From a bacterium (GTDB lineage: Bacteria > Pseudomonadota > Alphaproteobacteria > Rs-D84 > CACZYB01): DNA of 36,386 nucleotides. A program made the position numbers and the translations under genes. The notes under the pieces were generated by a model. It ran no database searches. It was not told the origin of the DNA and was given only the letters and a program-made list of their open reading frames with translations. The stretch is from positions 1 through 36,386 of the forward strand of contig JAILLX010000106.1 of NCBI GenBank assembly GCA_024692925.1. The letters are read 5' to 3'. This document shows, piece by piece, positions 23,739-33,528 of this stretch (the first letter of the stretch is position 1; each line of letters opens with the position of its first letter).

Positions 23739-23773
23739 TTTTCCGCTTTACCGATTCAAATATTTATGCTATA

Positions 23774-26032
23774 ATGAACAAGTGTAAGAGGGAAAAAGTG
23801 AACGAGAACAAAAAACATAGTTTAAGTTTTAATGTTTTATTAGTCGCAGTAATCTGCGGTTCTTTTGTATTTTCAAACTCATCAAATGCCGCAAAAAAGA
23901 AGAAAAAAACATCAACTGTCACAACCGGTTGTATTGCATGTTTAAACGCATTTGATGCCGAAACCCTCGAATTCACAATTGACAAGGATAAATGTCCAAA
24001 GCGTCTTGCAAAATGTTATAAGGCAAACTATACCAATCAATGCGAAGGAATTATCGAAGATTGTATCGCTTATAATTGTAAAAATGCTGGCTCCTGTGGG
24101 GATGAGGCTGGCAACCGTAATTTATTTGCCGGATGCCTTAAATCCGTAAATCAAATTTTACCATTCCAATGTGCAAGTTATATCGCCGGTTATGCATCAA
24201 GCAAAGCCGAAGAAGTTAAATCTCTTCAAACTGCACAGGAAAACGCCTTAAAACAAAAACAACTTGAAGTTCAAAAGGCTGAACAAGAGGCAAAAACTGC
24301 TGCTGAAAATGCAAAGGTAAAGGCTCAACAAATTGCATCTGACACCGAAACAAAAAAGTTGCAAATTGCTGGTGAAAATGAATTAAAACTTACTCAGGAA
24401 AAGGCACGACTTGAACAGCAAGCAAAGGATGCTGAACTTGCCCGCCAGAAAAAGGAAGCACAAGAGGCAAAAAACAACAAACCTAACGTTAAATATAACA
24501 ATTTATTGAATACTGTAAAGCAGGATATTACTTCTGCAAAAACTTACACAACAAAGGCGTATAATTTGCTTGGTATCACAAAAACTAATGACCAACAAAC
24601 AAATGGTTCAGCAGTATTTTTCCCACCACAAATTATAACTGTGTCTGCACTCGCTTCTTCAACTGATGCAAAGACTCGTTCCCTTGTAAACTCAAGTCGT
24701 TATAAATCCGATCAAAATTTTGTTTGTACCAAAAATACAAAGGAAAACTTTATCAAAAACGAACTTAATAACGTTTACAACACAATCAAAAAATCACGTG
24801 ATAATCTTTCAAAGGGCATTGCCGAGATTGAGGCAACCAATGCCGATGATGAAACAACTGATACAATTTCTGAATCAAAGATTAACACACTTTACCTAAC
24901 ACAAAACAAACTTACCGAAATTATGGAAACGGTGGAAGGATACACTGCAAACCTTAAGACCTCCTGTGAAACAAGGTGTGAAGGTATGTCTTCTATGACA
25001 AATATGAGTTCGTCAATTTCATCCGCTCCAATTCAATTTGATGAAAACGGTAATATTATCGAGGAAAAGAAAACTGATGAAAACGCATATTCGTGTAAGG
25101 ATTTTGAAACATCGTCTTCTTCAAACACAACTGGATTCGCCTCAATGATTGGTGGATCATCCAATATTTCCGATATGTTTGGTGGCATTGGGAAAAAGGT
25201 GACCGAATTAACTAAGCGTACTACTGAATCTGTACTTTACACCGACCGTATTTTGGATGAGGCATTAATCGCCGTTCAAAGTGGTAAATTCGATGGTTTC
25301 TCATCATCAGATTACCCTGCAATAGACAGCTGTGTTCAATATATGGTTTTGGATATTGCACAATACACAAGTTGCACCTCAAATGTATTGGGTCAGCAAT
25401 TAACTGCTCTTTCAACTAACAAATCTAATTCAAACATAAAAACGGAATTAAGAAACAGTATCAATACCATTCTTAAAACTATAACAAGTCCTAATTACAA
25501 GGATTCCTTAGAAGATGAAAAGGTTTATTGTCAAAACCTAACAAACGGTGATAATTTATTTAATAAAGACACCAACAATAATGTTACAGGAAACAACATA
25601 ACCGCAAACAACTTAAACGATTACAATGATTTCAATACTTGTGCGTTAAGTATCACCAATGCATTGAATAAGGTTAAGGATAAAAAAGGAAAAACTGGAA
25701 TGTCAAACTTCCAAATTGCGACCGCAAACAAAGAAAACAATCTTATCTACCTTTCAAATGGTGATATGTTTACGCCTACTGATTTTGCACAAAAGAAACT
25801 TGGTTGGAAAAATGCTACATGTACTATGGTAATAATAAGTAGTTCTGGAAACAACAATATGCCTATAATGACATCTAACGGTCAGGTAATACAATTAAGT
25901 AATTCTAATACTGGTATAGATATGCTATTATCCGGTCTACAATGTGATTGTGGTAATGGTAAACATAATAATCCAAATTTCCAAAAATTAAACTCTGGAA
26001 ATTACAGCTCTGATTGTTCGGAGGAACAATAA
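23774..26032 (+). CDS. Large secreted protein: Cys-rich N-domain, ~90-aa Lys/Glu/Ala/Gln coiled coil, Asn/Ser/Thr-rich body, Cys-containing C-terminus
   Basis: 752-aa ORF. The in-frame GTG at 23798 has a better SD (gaggg plus 5 nt), and tataat (23770-23775) overlaps the ATG at 23774, so the true start may be 23798. Signal peptide LSFNVLLVAVICGSFVFSNSSNA. No family recognised. Confidence 0.7.
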   Translation: MNKCKREKVNENKKHSLSFNVLLVAVICGSFVFSNSSNAAKKKKKTSTVTTGCIACLNAFDAETLEFTIDKDKCPKRLAKCYKANYTNQCEGIIEDCIAYNCKNAGSCGDEAGNRNLFAGCLKSVNQILPFQCASYIAGYASSKAEEVKSLQTAQENALKQKQLEVQKAEQEAKTAAENAKVKAQQIASDTETKKLQIAGENELKLTQEKARLEQQAKDAELARQKKEAQEAKNNKPNVKYNNLLNTVKQDITSAKTYTTKAYNLLGITKTNDQQTNGSAVFFPPQIITVSALASSTDAKTRSLVNSSRYKSDQNFVCTKNTKENFIKNELNNVYNTIKKSRDNLSKGIAEIEATNADDETTDTISESKINTLYLTQNKLTEIMETVEGYTANLKTSCETRCEGMSSMTNMSSSISSAPIQFDENGNIIEEKKTDENAYSCKDFETSSSSNTTGFASMIGGSSNISDMFGGIGKKVTELTKRTTESVLYTDRILDEALIAVQSGKFDGFSSSDYPAIDSCVQYMVLDIAQYTSCTSNVLGQQLTALSTNKSNSNIKTELRNSINTILKTITSPNYKDSLEDEKVYCQNLTNGDNLFNKDTNNNVTGNNITANNLNDYNDFNTCALSITNALNKVKDKKGKTGMSNFQIATANKENNLIYLSNGDMFTPTDFAQKKLGWKNATCTMVIISSSGNNNMPIMTSNGQVIQLSNSNTGIDMLLSGLQCDCGNGKHNNPNFQKLNSGNYSSDCSEEQ

Positions 26033-26045
26033 CATCTTCCAAATT

Positions 26046-26102
26046 TGTCACTGCGGTCGGCAGTTATATATGACCTCGTCATTACGAGGAAGCACGACAA
26101 AG
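26046..26102. repeat. Two short GTCA-initiated motifs related to the hairpin-unit family
   Basis: gtcactgcggtcggc (26046-26060). cctcgtcattacgagg hairpin within 26073-26088, continuing gaagcacgacaaagg. Compare the ...ctcctcgtcat unit ends at 1971-1980 and tcattgcgagccg at 8616-8628. Confidence 0.3.
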
Positions 26103-26173
26103 GAAAAAACATTTTCAAAGTATTTTGTGCCAAGACCTAGCTTTTACGGTATTGGTGCAAAAGACGAAGAAAA

Positions 26174-26602
26174 TTAGTATTTTATCTTCACACTAGCCAC
26201 AGCCCTATACCCAAAATAAGTATTCACACGGTCAATAACCGTTGGAAATTGATATTGAATTATTGATGAAAGGGAGGCATTTTTTATTTTTACATAAAGT
26301 GTTCCATTCTGCCTTTGCCCCATTGGAAAAGAAAGTTTCACCGGCGAAATTTTTGCCGCCAAATCCGGCCCTGCAATTTTTTCCCAATCAGTCAAAATAT
26401 CCGAATTGATAAAGCCATACTTTTTTCCAAACCCCTTTATCACATTCATAAGCGAATTGCCAATTTCGTTCGGACCATACGGAAACCGAGCCGATTTCGG
26501 AGCAACCGGCTTTTCCAAATAATCCTCTGACATTTCATCAATGCCAAAGTTTTGCTTTGCCAAAAGTTCCTTTTCACTACTTTTTTGCATTGTATTTTTC
26601 AT
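26174..26602 (-). CDS. dciA: DUF721 / DciA-like protein (candidate replicative-helicase operator)
   Basis: ILTDWEKIAGPDLAAKISPVKLSF...GTLYVKIKNASLSSIIQYQFPTVIDRVNTYFGYRAVASVKI follows the DUF721 pattern (W..i.G..la....p..l..g.L.v.v.s...a.el......i...in...G...v..i). The start is uncertain: 26602 overlaps metG by 26 nt, with alternatives at 26590 and 26533. Confidence 0.7.
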   Translation of the reverse strand: MKNTMQKSSEKELLAKQNFGIDEMSEDYLEKPVAPKSARFPYGPNEIGNSLMNVIKGFGKKYGFINSDILTDWEKIAGPDLAAKISPVKLSFPMGQRQNGTLYVKIKNASLSSIIQYQFPTVIDRVNTYFGYRAVASVKIKY

Positions 26603-28268
26603 TTAATTCAGCAACCCTTTCAGGTGCAATTTTTGTAAACACACTTGCCGGTACTTCAAACTCATGCCCCTTAGAAACAGAATTCATCTCCGCCTCCACA
26701 TCAAAAATCCAATCACCGGATGTATGAAGTGCAGTCAAAATTTTCTCCGCAGTTTCTGGGATAACAGGCTTTGCAAGGATAAGGAACACCCGCATCAAAT
26801 TCATTGCAAACACAAGTATTTCTCCGGATTTTTCAGCATCAGTTTTAAACACTGTCCACGGTGCCATCTCGTCAATATAGGTATTACCCAAAACCCAAAT
26901 TGCACGAAGCTCCGCCATCGCCTTTCTGAATTCCATCTGTGAAAGATAGTTGGTATAAGATTCGATTCTGGTTTTAAGTTCAGCCTTAACCGCAATTTCT
27001 TTCTCGCCATTTGCGGGATTATGTTGCAATGTTGAACCAATTTTCGAAGAATAGAATTTCAAAACCCTAAGGACGAAATTTCCCAAAACATCGTTTAAAT
27101 CCTTGTTAATTTCTTCGGCAAATCTTTCGAATGTAAAATCAGTATCATCAGTTTCCGGAGCATTTTTGATAAGCCAATATCTCCAATAATCTGCTGGAAA
27201 TTCAGCAATCGCACTGTCGGCAAAAATTCCCCTACCTGCTGATTTTGAAAACTTTCCACCGTTAAAGTTAAGATAACTCAACCCCTTCAATGTATCCACT
27301 TTTTTATAATCCGGATTCGCACCAATAAGTGTTGCAGGGAACATTATCGAATGAAACGGAACATTATCCTTTCCCATAAATTCAACATATTTTTCATCGC
27401 CCGCACCACAAGACTCAAGCCACCAATTTTTATATCCATCACCAAGAAGTTCTTTTGTAATAGAAATATACCCAATCGGTGCATCAAACCAAACATAAAA
27501 AACCTTGTCTTTCATATCAGGAAAAACATCCGTTGGAACAGGAATTCCCCACTTTAAATCACGGGTAATACATCTATCTTCTAACCCTTCATCAAGCCAT
27601 TTATTTGCGATTCCCAAGGTAAGTTTATTCCACTTTCTTGTATTAACCCACTCACGAACCTTATCACTTAATTTCGAAAGTTTAAGGTAAAGATGTTTTG
27701 TCTTTCTGACCTCAAGATTTGTACTACCACTAACCGAAGACCTTGGCTCAATCAAATCCTTTGGATCCAAAACTTTTGTACAATTTTCGCATTGATCACC
27801 ACGTGCATTTGTCGCACCACAGTATGGGCAAGTCCCCGTAATATACCTATCTGGCAAAAACATATTATCATCTATTGAAAAAACTTGCTCAACCTCGCGT
27901 TCCTCGATATATCCATTTTTTGCAAGCTCCCTTGCAATCTGTTGAGAAAGTTCAGTATTTTCCGGTGCCGAAGTACGACCAAAATAATCAAACGAAAGAT
28001 TAAATTTTTTGTAAATATCCTTATGAAGATTATGATATTTTGTTGTATATTCCAAAACATCAATCCCCTCTTTTTTTGCACCAAGTTCGGATGGTGTTCC
28101 ATGTTCATCAGTTCCACCGATATAAAGAACTTCATTACCAATAAGTCGGTTAAACCTTGCATACACATCACTTGGCAACAAACATCCAGCCAAATGTCCT
28201 AAATGAGGAAGTCCATTAACATAAGGAAGTGCACAAGTCACAAGAATTTTTTCTTTTTTCATTTTCAA
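26577..28268 (-). CDS. metG: Methionyl-tRNA synthetase
   Basis: ALPYVNGLPHLGHL (HIGH region), zinc knuckle CPYCG...CENC, KFSKSAGRG (KMSKS). Confidence 0.95.
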   Translation of the reverse strand: MKMKKEKILVTCALPYVNGLPHLGHLAGCLLPSDVYARFNRLIGNEVLYIGGTDEHGTPSELGAKKEGIDVLEYTTKYHNLHKDIYKKFNLSFDYFGRTSAPENTELSQQIARELAKNGYIEEREVEQVFSIDDNMFLPDRYITGTCPYCGATNARGDQCENCTKVLDPKDLIEPRSSVSGSTNLEVRKTKHLYLKLSKLSDKVREWVNTRKWNKLTLGIANKWLDEGLEDRCITRDLKWGIPVPTDVFPDMKDKVFYVWFDAPIGYISITKELLGDGYKNWWLESCGAGDEKYVEFMGKDNVPFHSIMFPATLIGANPDYKKVDTLKGLSYLNFNGGKFSKSAGRGIFADSAIAEFPADYWRYWLIKNAPETDDTDFTFERFAEEINKDLNDVLGNFVLRVLKFYSSKIGSTLQHNPANGEKEIAVKAELKTRIESYTNYLSQMEFRKAMAELRAIWVLGNTYIDEMAPWTVFKTDAEKSGEILVFAMNLMRVFLILAKPVIPETAEKILTALHTSGDWIFDVEAEMNSVSKGHEFEVPASVFTKIAPERVAELNEKYNAKK

Positions 28269-28331
28269 TCCTACTATAAAATTATTATTAAAGATATTTT
28301 ATAAAATTTGAAGATATAATGCAAGAAAGAT

Positions 28332-29465
28332 TTACTTAATTATCTCCCTAATTATTGCATCAAGCAAAGTTCGTCCCTTCACACTTGTTCTAATGGACGA
28401 TTCGCACAAAATCAAAAACTTTTTTTCAACCATATTTTGAAATCTTTGCATATCAACTATATCAAAAAAATCCACACCAGAATTTTGCTTAAATTCATTA
28501 AACTTTATTCCATTATTTTTTCTTAATCCCATAATAAGCATTTCTTCGGCACGCTTCTTTTTTGATAAAGGTTTAAGGGGTAAAATTCCATCATCAATAT
28601 TTTTTTTCCACTCATCAATATTCCTTGGATTTTCAGAAATAAAATGTCTTGCCCCATCAAAGATTCTACCTGATGCAGAAACACCAATACCTATATAATC
28701 GCCACCATTCCAATAGTTTAAATTGTGCCTACTTTCAAACCCCTTTTTTGCATAGTTTGAAATTTCATATTGCGGAAATTTATCCCGCAAAAAATGATTC
28801 GTATATTCATACATTTTTTTTGCGAATGATTCGGAAATTGGATTTATTTTTCCACTTTTCACCAAATTAAAAATTGGTGTTTTTGGCTCTATAATAAGTT
28901 CATAAAGCGACAAATGTTTTACATCCAGCTTTGTAATTTTTTCCAAATTTTTTTGCCATTTTTCCAAAGATTGATTCGGCAACGCATAAATAAAATCACA
29001 ACTTATATTTTCAAAATATTTCTTTGCCGATTCGATACATTCCACCGCATCAACCGAATTATGCACACGCCCCAAAAATCGAAGCTCTGCATCATCAAAC
29101 GATTGCACCCCAATCGAAAGCCTATTTACTCCTGCTTCATAAAAGCCCAATAATTTTTTATCATCCACAGTTTTGGGATTAACTTCCAATGTAATCTCTG
29201 CATCATCATCCACATCATAAAGGTTAAAAATTTTCTCCACGATTCGCATCACAATTTCCGGTGGCAAAAGCGATGGCGTTCCACCACCAAAATAAATTGA
29301 TGAAATTTTTTTTCTACCAAACTTTTGTTGATAAAGTTCAATTTCTTTCAAATAATATTGCAAAAGATTCGGAACATTTTGCCCACACGGAAAACTTACA
29401 AAATCACAATAATTGCATTTTTTTAAACAATACGGAAAATGTATATAGATACTATTTTTTCTCAT
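28332..29465 (-). CDS. hemW: Radical SAM heme chaperone HemW (coproporphyrinogen III oxidase-like)
   Basis: IYIHFPYCLKKCNYCDF (CxxxCxxC), GGGTPS, and a HemN_C-like C-terminus. The ATG at 29465 (MRKNSIYIHFPYC) is preferred over 29510; it overlaps the rdgB 3' end by 14 nt. Confidence 0.88.
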   Translation of the reverse strand: MRKNSIYIHFPYCLKKCNYCDFVSFPCGQNVPNLLQYYLKEIELYQQKFGRKKISSIYFGGGTPSLLPPEIVMRIVEKIFNLYDVDDDAEITLEVNPKTVDDKKLLGFYEAGVNRLSIGVQSFDDAELRFLGRVHNSVDAVECIESAKKYFENISCDFIYALPNQSLEKWQKNLEKITKLDVKHLSLYELIIEPKTPIFNLVKSGKINPISESFAKKMYEYTNHFLRDKFPQYEISNYAKKGFESRHNLNYWNGGDYIGIGVSASGRIFDGARHFISENPRNIDEWKKNIDDGILPLKPLSKKKRAEEMLIMGLRKNNGIKFNEFKQNSGVDFFDIVDMQRFQNMVEKKFLILCESSIRTSVKGRTLLDAIIREIIK

Positions 29466-30243
29466 CACTTTCGCTTGAAAAAGGCACTTCCGGTGCAATA
29501 AATTTTTCATCTACTTCTACTGAAAAAGTATTCTCATCAACCACAACTTTTTCTTCCACCTTTTCAACAACAACCGGAATACTTTCTTCGATTTTTGCAT
29601 CAACTTTTGTTGCCTTAGTCTTAAGTGGTTTCACCGCAGTTTTCTTTTCTGTTTCTGCCGAAAGTTTTTCAATAAATTCAATGAATTTTGCAGTTGCAAT
29701 TGACCTATGACTAATCGAATTTTTTTCTTCCTCAGTCATTTCAGCAAAAGTTCTGCCATACGAATTTGGCACAAACATTGCATCATAACCGAAACCATTT
29801 TCACCCCTTGGTGGGAAAATTGTAAAGCCATAGCACGCACCTTCGAATTGCACAGTTTTTTCACCCTTAACTGCAAACGCAATATTGCAAACAAATTTTG
29901 CCTCACTGCATTTTCCATTAAGACGATTTTTTATATCTTCAAAAGCCTTATCATAGCCACCGACTTCCTCGGCAAATCTTGCGGATCTTACCCCTGGAAA
30001 ACTTGCCAATTCCTTAATACAAAAACCACTGTCATCAGCAAAAGTAGGAAGCCCAGTTTTTTCACAAATTGCCTCTGCTTTAATCTTTGCATTTTCAGCA
30101 AAAGTTTTTCCGGTTTCCTCTATTTCGAACTGACCTTTTATAACATCTTTATATGGAACAACTTTTATTCCAAAAGGTTTCAACAAAGTTTGGAATTCAC
30201 GTACCTTGTGTTCATTAGTCGAAGCTATAATAAATTTTTTCAT
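29452..30243 (-). CDS. rdgB: dITP/XTP pyrophosphatase (Ham1/RdgB family) with ~69-aa charged C-terminal extension
   Basis: IASTNEHKVREF, ETGKTFAENA, DDSGFCI, FGYD and SHRS motifs. The tail runs SAETEKKTAVKPLKTK...VEEKVVVDENTFSVEVDEKFIAPEVPFSSESDEKK. Confidence 0.9.
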   Translation of the reverse strand: MKKFIIASTNEHKVREFQTLLKPFGIKVVPYKDVIKGQFEIEETGKTFAENAKIKAEAICEKTGLPTFADDSGFCIKELASFPGVRSARFAEEVGGYDKAFEDIKNRLNGKCSEAKFVCNIAFAVKGEKTVQFEGACYGFTIFPPRGENGFGYDAMFVPNSYGRTFAEMTEEEKNSISHRSIATAKFIEFIEKLSAETEKKTAVKPLKTKATKVDAKIEESIPVVVEKVEEKVVVDENTFSVEVDEKFIAPEVPFSSESDEKK

Positions 30244-30248
30244 AATAA

Positions 30249-31721
30249 CTATCCTTCTGTTTTTCCATCATAAAAATTATCGAATTTAAAGTATTCACCG
30301 ACAAAGGCAACCTTCACATCACCGGTTGGACCATGACGTTGCTTTGCAATCAAAATTTCAGCCATATGTTCAATCTGCTCCGCCCTCTTTTGCCATGCGA
30401 TATATTCCTGACTTGTCACATCGGCATCAACCGGACGTTTTTTGTTGTGATAATAGGATTCACGGTACACAAACATAACGCAATCGGCATCCTGTTCAAT
30501 AGATCCGGATTCACGAAGATCAGCAAGTTGTGGTCTTTTATCATCCCTTTGTTCAACAAGTCTTGAAAGCTGAGAAAGAGCAATCACCGGCACATCCAAT
30601 TCTTTTGCCAAAATTTTAAGTCCACGGGTAATCTCAGAAATTTCCTGCACCCTGTTATCCGACTTTCTTCCACCTGGAGAATTCAAAAGCTGAACATAGT
30701 CAATTACAATCAACGAAAGTCCACCATATTGACGTTTGATTCGTCTTGCCCTTGTTCTTATTGCAGGCACAGTAATATCCGGTGTATCATCAATGAACAA
30801 AGGTAAATCTTTCAATGCCCTTTGATGTTCAACAAGTCTGTTAAATTCATCCTCGTTTATTGAACCATTACGAATTTTATTACCATTAACTTCCGCAGAA
30901 AATGAAAGTATACGTGAAGCCAACTGATCCGCCGACATTTCAAGTGAAAAGAAAAGCACCGGTCCCTGAAGTTTTTCTGGTCCCCTATGATTTAAAACCT
31001 CGTTCGCAACATTAAATGCGACATTCAATGCAAACGCCGTTTTTCCCATACCAGGACGTCCCGCAATAATAAGCAAATCTGATGGATGAAGACCACCAAT
31101 TTGTTTATCCAAAGTATTTATTCCAGTTGAAATTCCAGAAATAGAACCATCCGCCCTATATGCTTCCTCAATAGTCTGCATTGAATCACGCAAAGTCATT
31201 TCCAATGACATAGGGCCATTTTCAACATCCCCAACTGTTGCAAGGTTGTAAAGTTTTGATTCGGCATTTTCAATTTGATCAACCGCAGGAACATCATTAT
31301 CACTTGAACCGCCAAATGCTTCATTCACAATATCAGTACCAATTTCAATAAGGTTTCTTTTTACTGCACATTCGTAAACAAGTCGTCCATAATCATACGC
31401 ATTTACATAAGGCACAGCCGAACTTGAAAGTTGGCTAAGGTATTCAACACCCCCCGCCATATCAAGTGTACCATTACTTTCCAAATAATTTTTAAGTGTG
31501 ATTATATCAGCCAAATGCCCCTTTTCAATAAGGCGAAGACATGCCTCATAAATCTTTTGATGCATAACTTCAACAAAATGTTCTGGCTTCAAAAATTCAG
31601 AAACTTTTTCCAAAGCCTTATTATTAGTAATAATCGCAGAAAGTACAGCCTGTTCTGCCTCCACACTTGCCGGAGGTTTTCTTAAAAAATCCCCACTAAT
31701 ATTTTTTGTTGCTCTTTCCAA
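30249..31721 (-). CDS. dnaB: Replicative DNA helicase DnaB
   Basis: PPASVEAEQAVLSAII N-terminal domain. Walker A GRPGMGKT. Walker B LIVIDYVQLL. SQLSR and RESGSIEQDAD motifs. TTG start with SD ggag 8 nt upstream. Confidence 0.95.
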   Translation of the reverse strand: MERATKNISGDFLRKPPASVEAEQAVLSAIITNNKALEKVSEFLKPEHFVEVMHQKIYEACLRLIEKGHLADIITLKNYLESNGTLDMAGGVEYLSQLSSSAVPYVNAYDYGRLVYECAVKRNLIEIGTDIVNEAFGGSSDNDVPAVDQIENAESKLYNLATVGDVENGPMSLEMTLRDSMQTIEEAYRADGSISGISTGINTLDKQIGGLHPSDLLIIAGRPGMGKTAFALNVAFNVANEVLNHRGPEKLQGPVLFFSLEMSADQLASRILSFSAEVNGNKIRNGSINEDEFNRLVEHQRALKDLPLFIDDTPDITVPAIRTRARRIKRQYGGLSLIVIDYVQLLNSPGGRKSDNRVQEISEITRGLKILAKELDVPVIALSQLSRLVEQRDDKRPQLADLRESGSIEQDADCVMFVYRESYYHNKKRPVDADVTSQEYIAWQKRAEQIEHMAEILIAKQRHGPTGDVKVAFVGEYFKFDNFYDGKTEG

Positions 31722-31808
31722 TTAAAAAACTCCAAACGATTCTTTTTTATTATATGTAAATATAAACGAACCCCCATAAAAAAGCAAGAAACAATTCAAA
31801 GCCAAATA

Positions 31809-32393
31809 CTACATCATTTTTACAAAATAAACTGCCATAAAAAGAAGTACAAAAGCTATAATTGTTAACATTTCAAGGTTCTTTTCAATAAACATTCTTG
31901 CATCATCACCATATTTTTTAAGCAAGAACGCAATAAAGTAATACCTTAACGCCCTTGATACCGCCGATGCGATAATAAACAAAGGAATATTCATACCGAC
32001 AACACCACTGGCGATACAAATAACCTTATATGGAAATGGGGTAAGCCCACCCGCAAACACAATCCAATAATCCCATTTTGAATACAAAGTTTTGAATTGT
32101 TCGAACATATCCTGATAATGTAAAACCTCAAGAATTTTTATACCAACAGTATCAAACAAAAATGCACCAACATAATATCCGGCAAGTCCACCTAACACAC
32201 TAAACATAAGGGCAAGCGAAGAAATGCTCCATGCCTTTTTTGGTCTTGCTAAAATCATAGGAATCATAATTATTTCGGTTGGAAATGGGAAAAATATACT
32301 ACCCAAAAATGAAACCAAAAAAAGTGTGGCAAACGCATACTTTGTTTCACTTAAATATAACACATAATCATAAGTTTTTTTTAAAATCTTCAC
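31809..32393 (-). CDS. YqaA/DedA-type (VTT domain) inner-membrane protein
   Basis: 194 aa polytopic protein. ..SIFFPFPTEIIMIPMIL.. and GGLAGYYVG resemble YqaA. GTG start with SD ggagg. Confidence 0.72.
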   Translation of the reverse strand: MKILKKTYDYVLYLSETKYAFATLFLVSFLGSIFFPFPTEIIMIPMILARPKKAWSISSLALMFSVLGGLAGYYVGAFLFDTVGIKILEVLHYQDMFEQFKTLYSKWDYWIVFAGGLTPFPYKVICIASGVVGMNIPLFIIASAVSRALRYYFIAFLLKKYGDDARMFIEKNLEMLTIIAFVLLFMAVYFVKMM

Positions 32394-32521
32394 TTAAACC
32401 TCCAAAACATAAGAAAAGTGTATTATAAAAAATTCCTAAGTCAATAAAAAACAAAAAACTCTTGCATATAAAAAAGCTATCTTGTAATCTTATAGTATAT
32501 ACTTACTTTTAGGAGGTAAAA

Positions 32522-32704
32522 TTGAGAAAAATTTTTGCATTATTTTTACTTATTATCGTTTCAGGTTGTGGGGGGACAATGTACGAGCCTGATCCCGTTG
32601 GTGTCGGCTATGATGCAAATGAATTAAAGATGTCACCTTGTGCTTGTATACAGATTGAAACAAAGCCGGGGTTGCCTGAATGGTTTATAGAAACAACAAT
32701 ATAG
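32522..32704 (+). CDS. Small lipoprotein (60 aa), VirB7-like in size and position
   Basis: TTG start 6 nt after a perfect SD aggagg. Lipobox IVSGC. The mature peptide is ~44 aa and contains SPCAC. It directly precedes two VirB8-like genes. Confidence 0.55.
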   Translation: MRKIFALFLLIIVSGCGGTMYEPDPVGVGYDANELKMSPCACIQIETKPGLPEWFIETTI

Positions 32705-33528
32705 AAAACACCGAAAATAAAAAGGCTGATAATCTTTCAGTATATCCTTTCACTGTGGATGTTCCATCATTCCCAGAAAGGAAGTATTTAGTTGCAATCT
32801 ACAGATTCGCAAGGATAACTTATGTTGCACTTTTTATTGCAATGATTATTGCGATTCTTACAATACTTCGTGCTTTTTCCCGTGATATTTCCCCAAGGTT
32901 TATAAAGTGGAATGATATTGAAAATAAATATCAGTATGTAAAATCATCTTACTCTCAAAAACAAACAACTCTTTCTTATTCTCAATACCTTAACGAATAT
33001 TTCATAAGGACCTATATTTCAAAAAGATTTTCTATCTCCGAAACATCTGTCACAAACTTTAACAATTGGTGTGATTGCAGTAATAAAACCGCATCAAAGA
33101 TGGGAATATTTAACACAGACGAAGAATGTTATTTATGCCAATATTCATCTTCGAAAATATATAAATCTTTCACCGATAATGTTCAAAACGCCTACACTAC
33201 TATGGCAAACGATGGCATAACAAGGACCGTTGATATTTTGGATATAACATTACAAAGTGCATATGAAACAAACCCTGAATTATCAATTGTTGAATGGTTT
33301 TTAAATAAAACAAAACCTATATCAATTACACAAACTTTTCGTGTTGATTTTATTGTAAACGAATTTAAAAATTCTAAACCTGTATCAAGGGAAGTCTTAA
33401 TCGGATTTATAACAGTAAGTGGTAATAAAACATCCCCTCAAAAACGTGGTGTGATTAATGAAAGCTATATGTTCAATCCGAACTATGATTTAATTTTAAG
33501 AAACGGAGGATTAAATGCAAAAAGATAA
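32680..33528 (+). CDS. Bitopic membrane protein, VirB8-like candidate (with CxC...CxxC insertion)
   Basis: ~45-aa cytoplasmic N-terminus, a single TM ITYVALFIAMIIAILTIL, then a periplasmic domain beginning ...SQYLNEYFIRTYISKRFSIS, which resembles the VirB8 helix-1 pattern (yF...YV..RE.y). It overlaps the lipoprotein gene by 25 nt. The start is uncertain. Confidence 0.4.
   Translation: MVYRNNNIENTENKKADNLSVYPFTVDVPSFPERKYLVAIYRFARITYVALFIAMIIAILTILRAFSRDISPRFIKWNDIENKYQYVKSSYSQKQTTLSYSQYLNEYFIRTYISKRFSISETSVTNFNNWCDCSNKTASKMGIFNTDEECYLCQYSSSKIYKSFTDNVQNAYTTMANDGITRTVDILDITLQSAYETNPELSIVEWFLNKTKPISITQTFRVDFIVNEFKNSKPVSREVLIGFITVSGNKTSPQKRGVINESYMFNPNYDLILRNGGLNAKR

Noticed and set aside
29707-30273. 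188-aa plus-strand ORF, plus the 149-aa ORF at 29261-29710
   Set aside because: Both are antisense to rdgB and hemW, which carry unmistakable family motifs. Neither has an SD or a recognisable domain.
30249-31721. Intein or other insertion in dnaB
   Set aside because: The length (490 aa) and the uninterrupted motif order (Walker A, Walker B, SQLSR, RESGSIEQDAD) are those of an intein-free DnaB.
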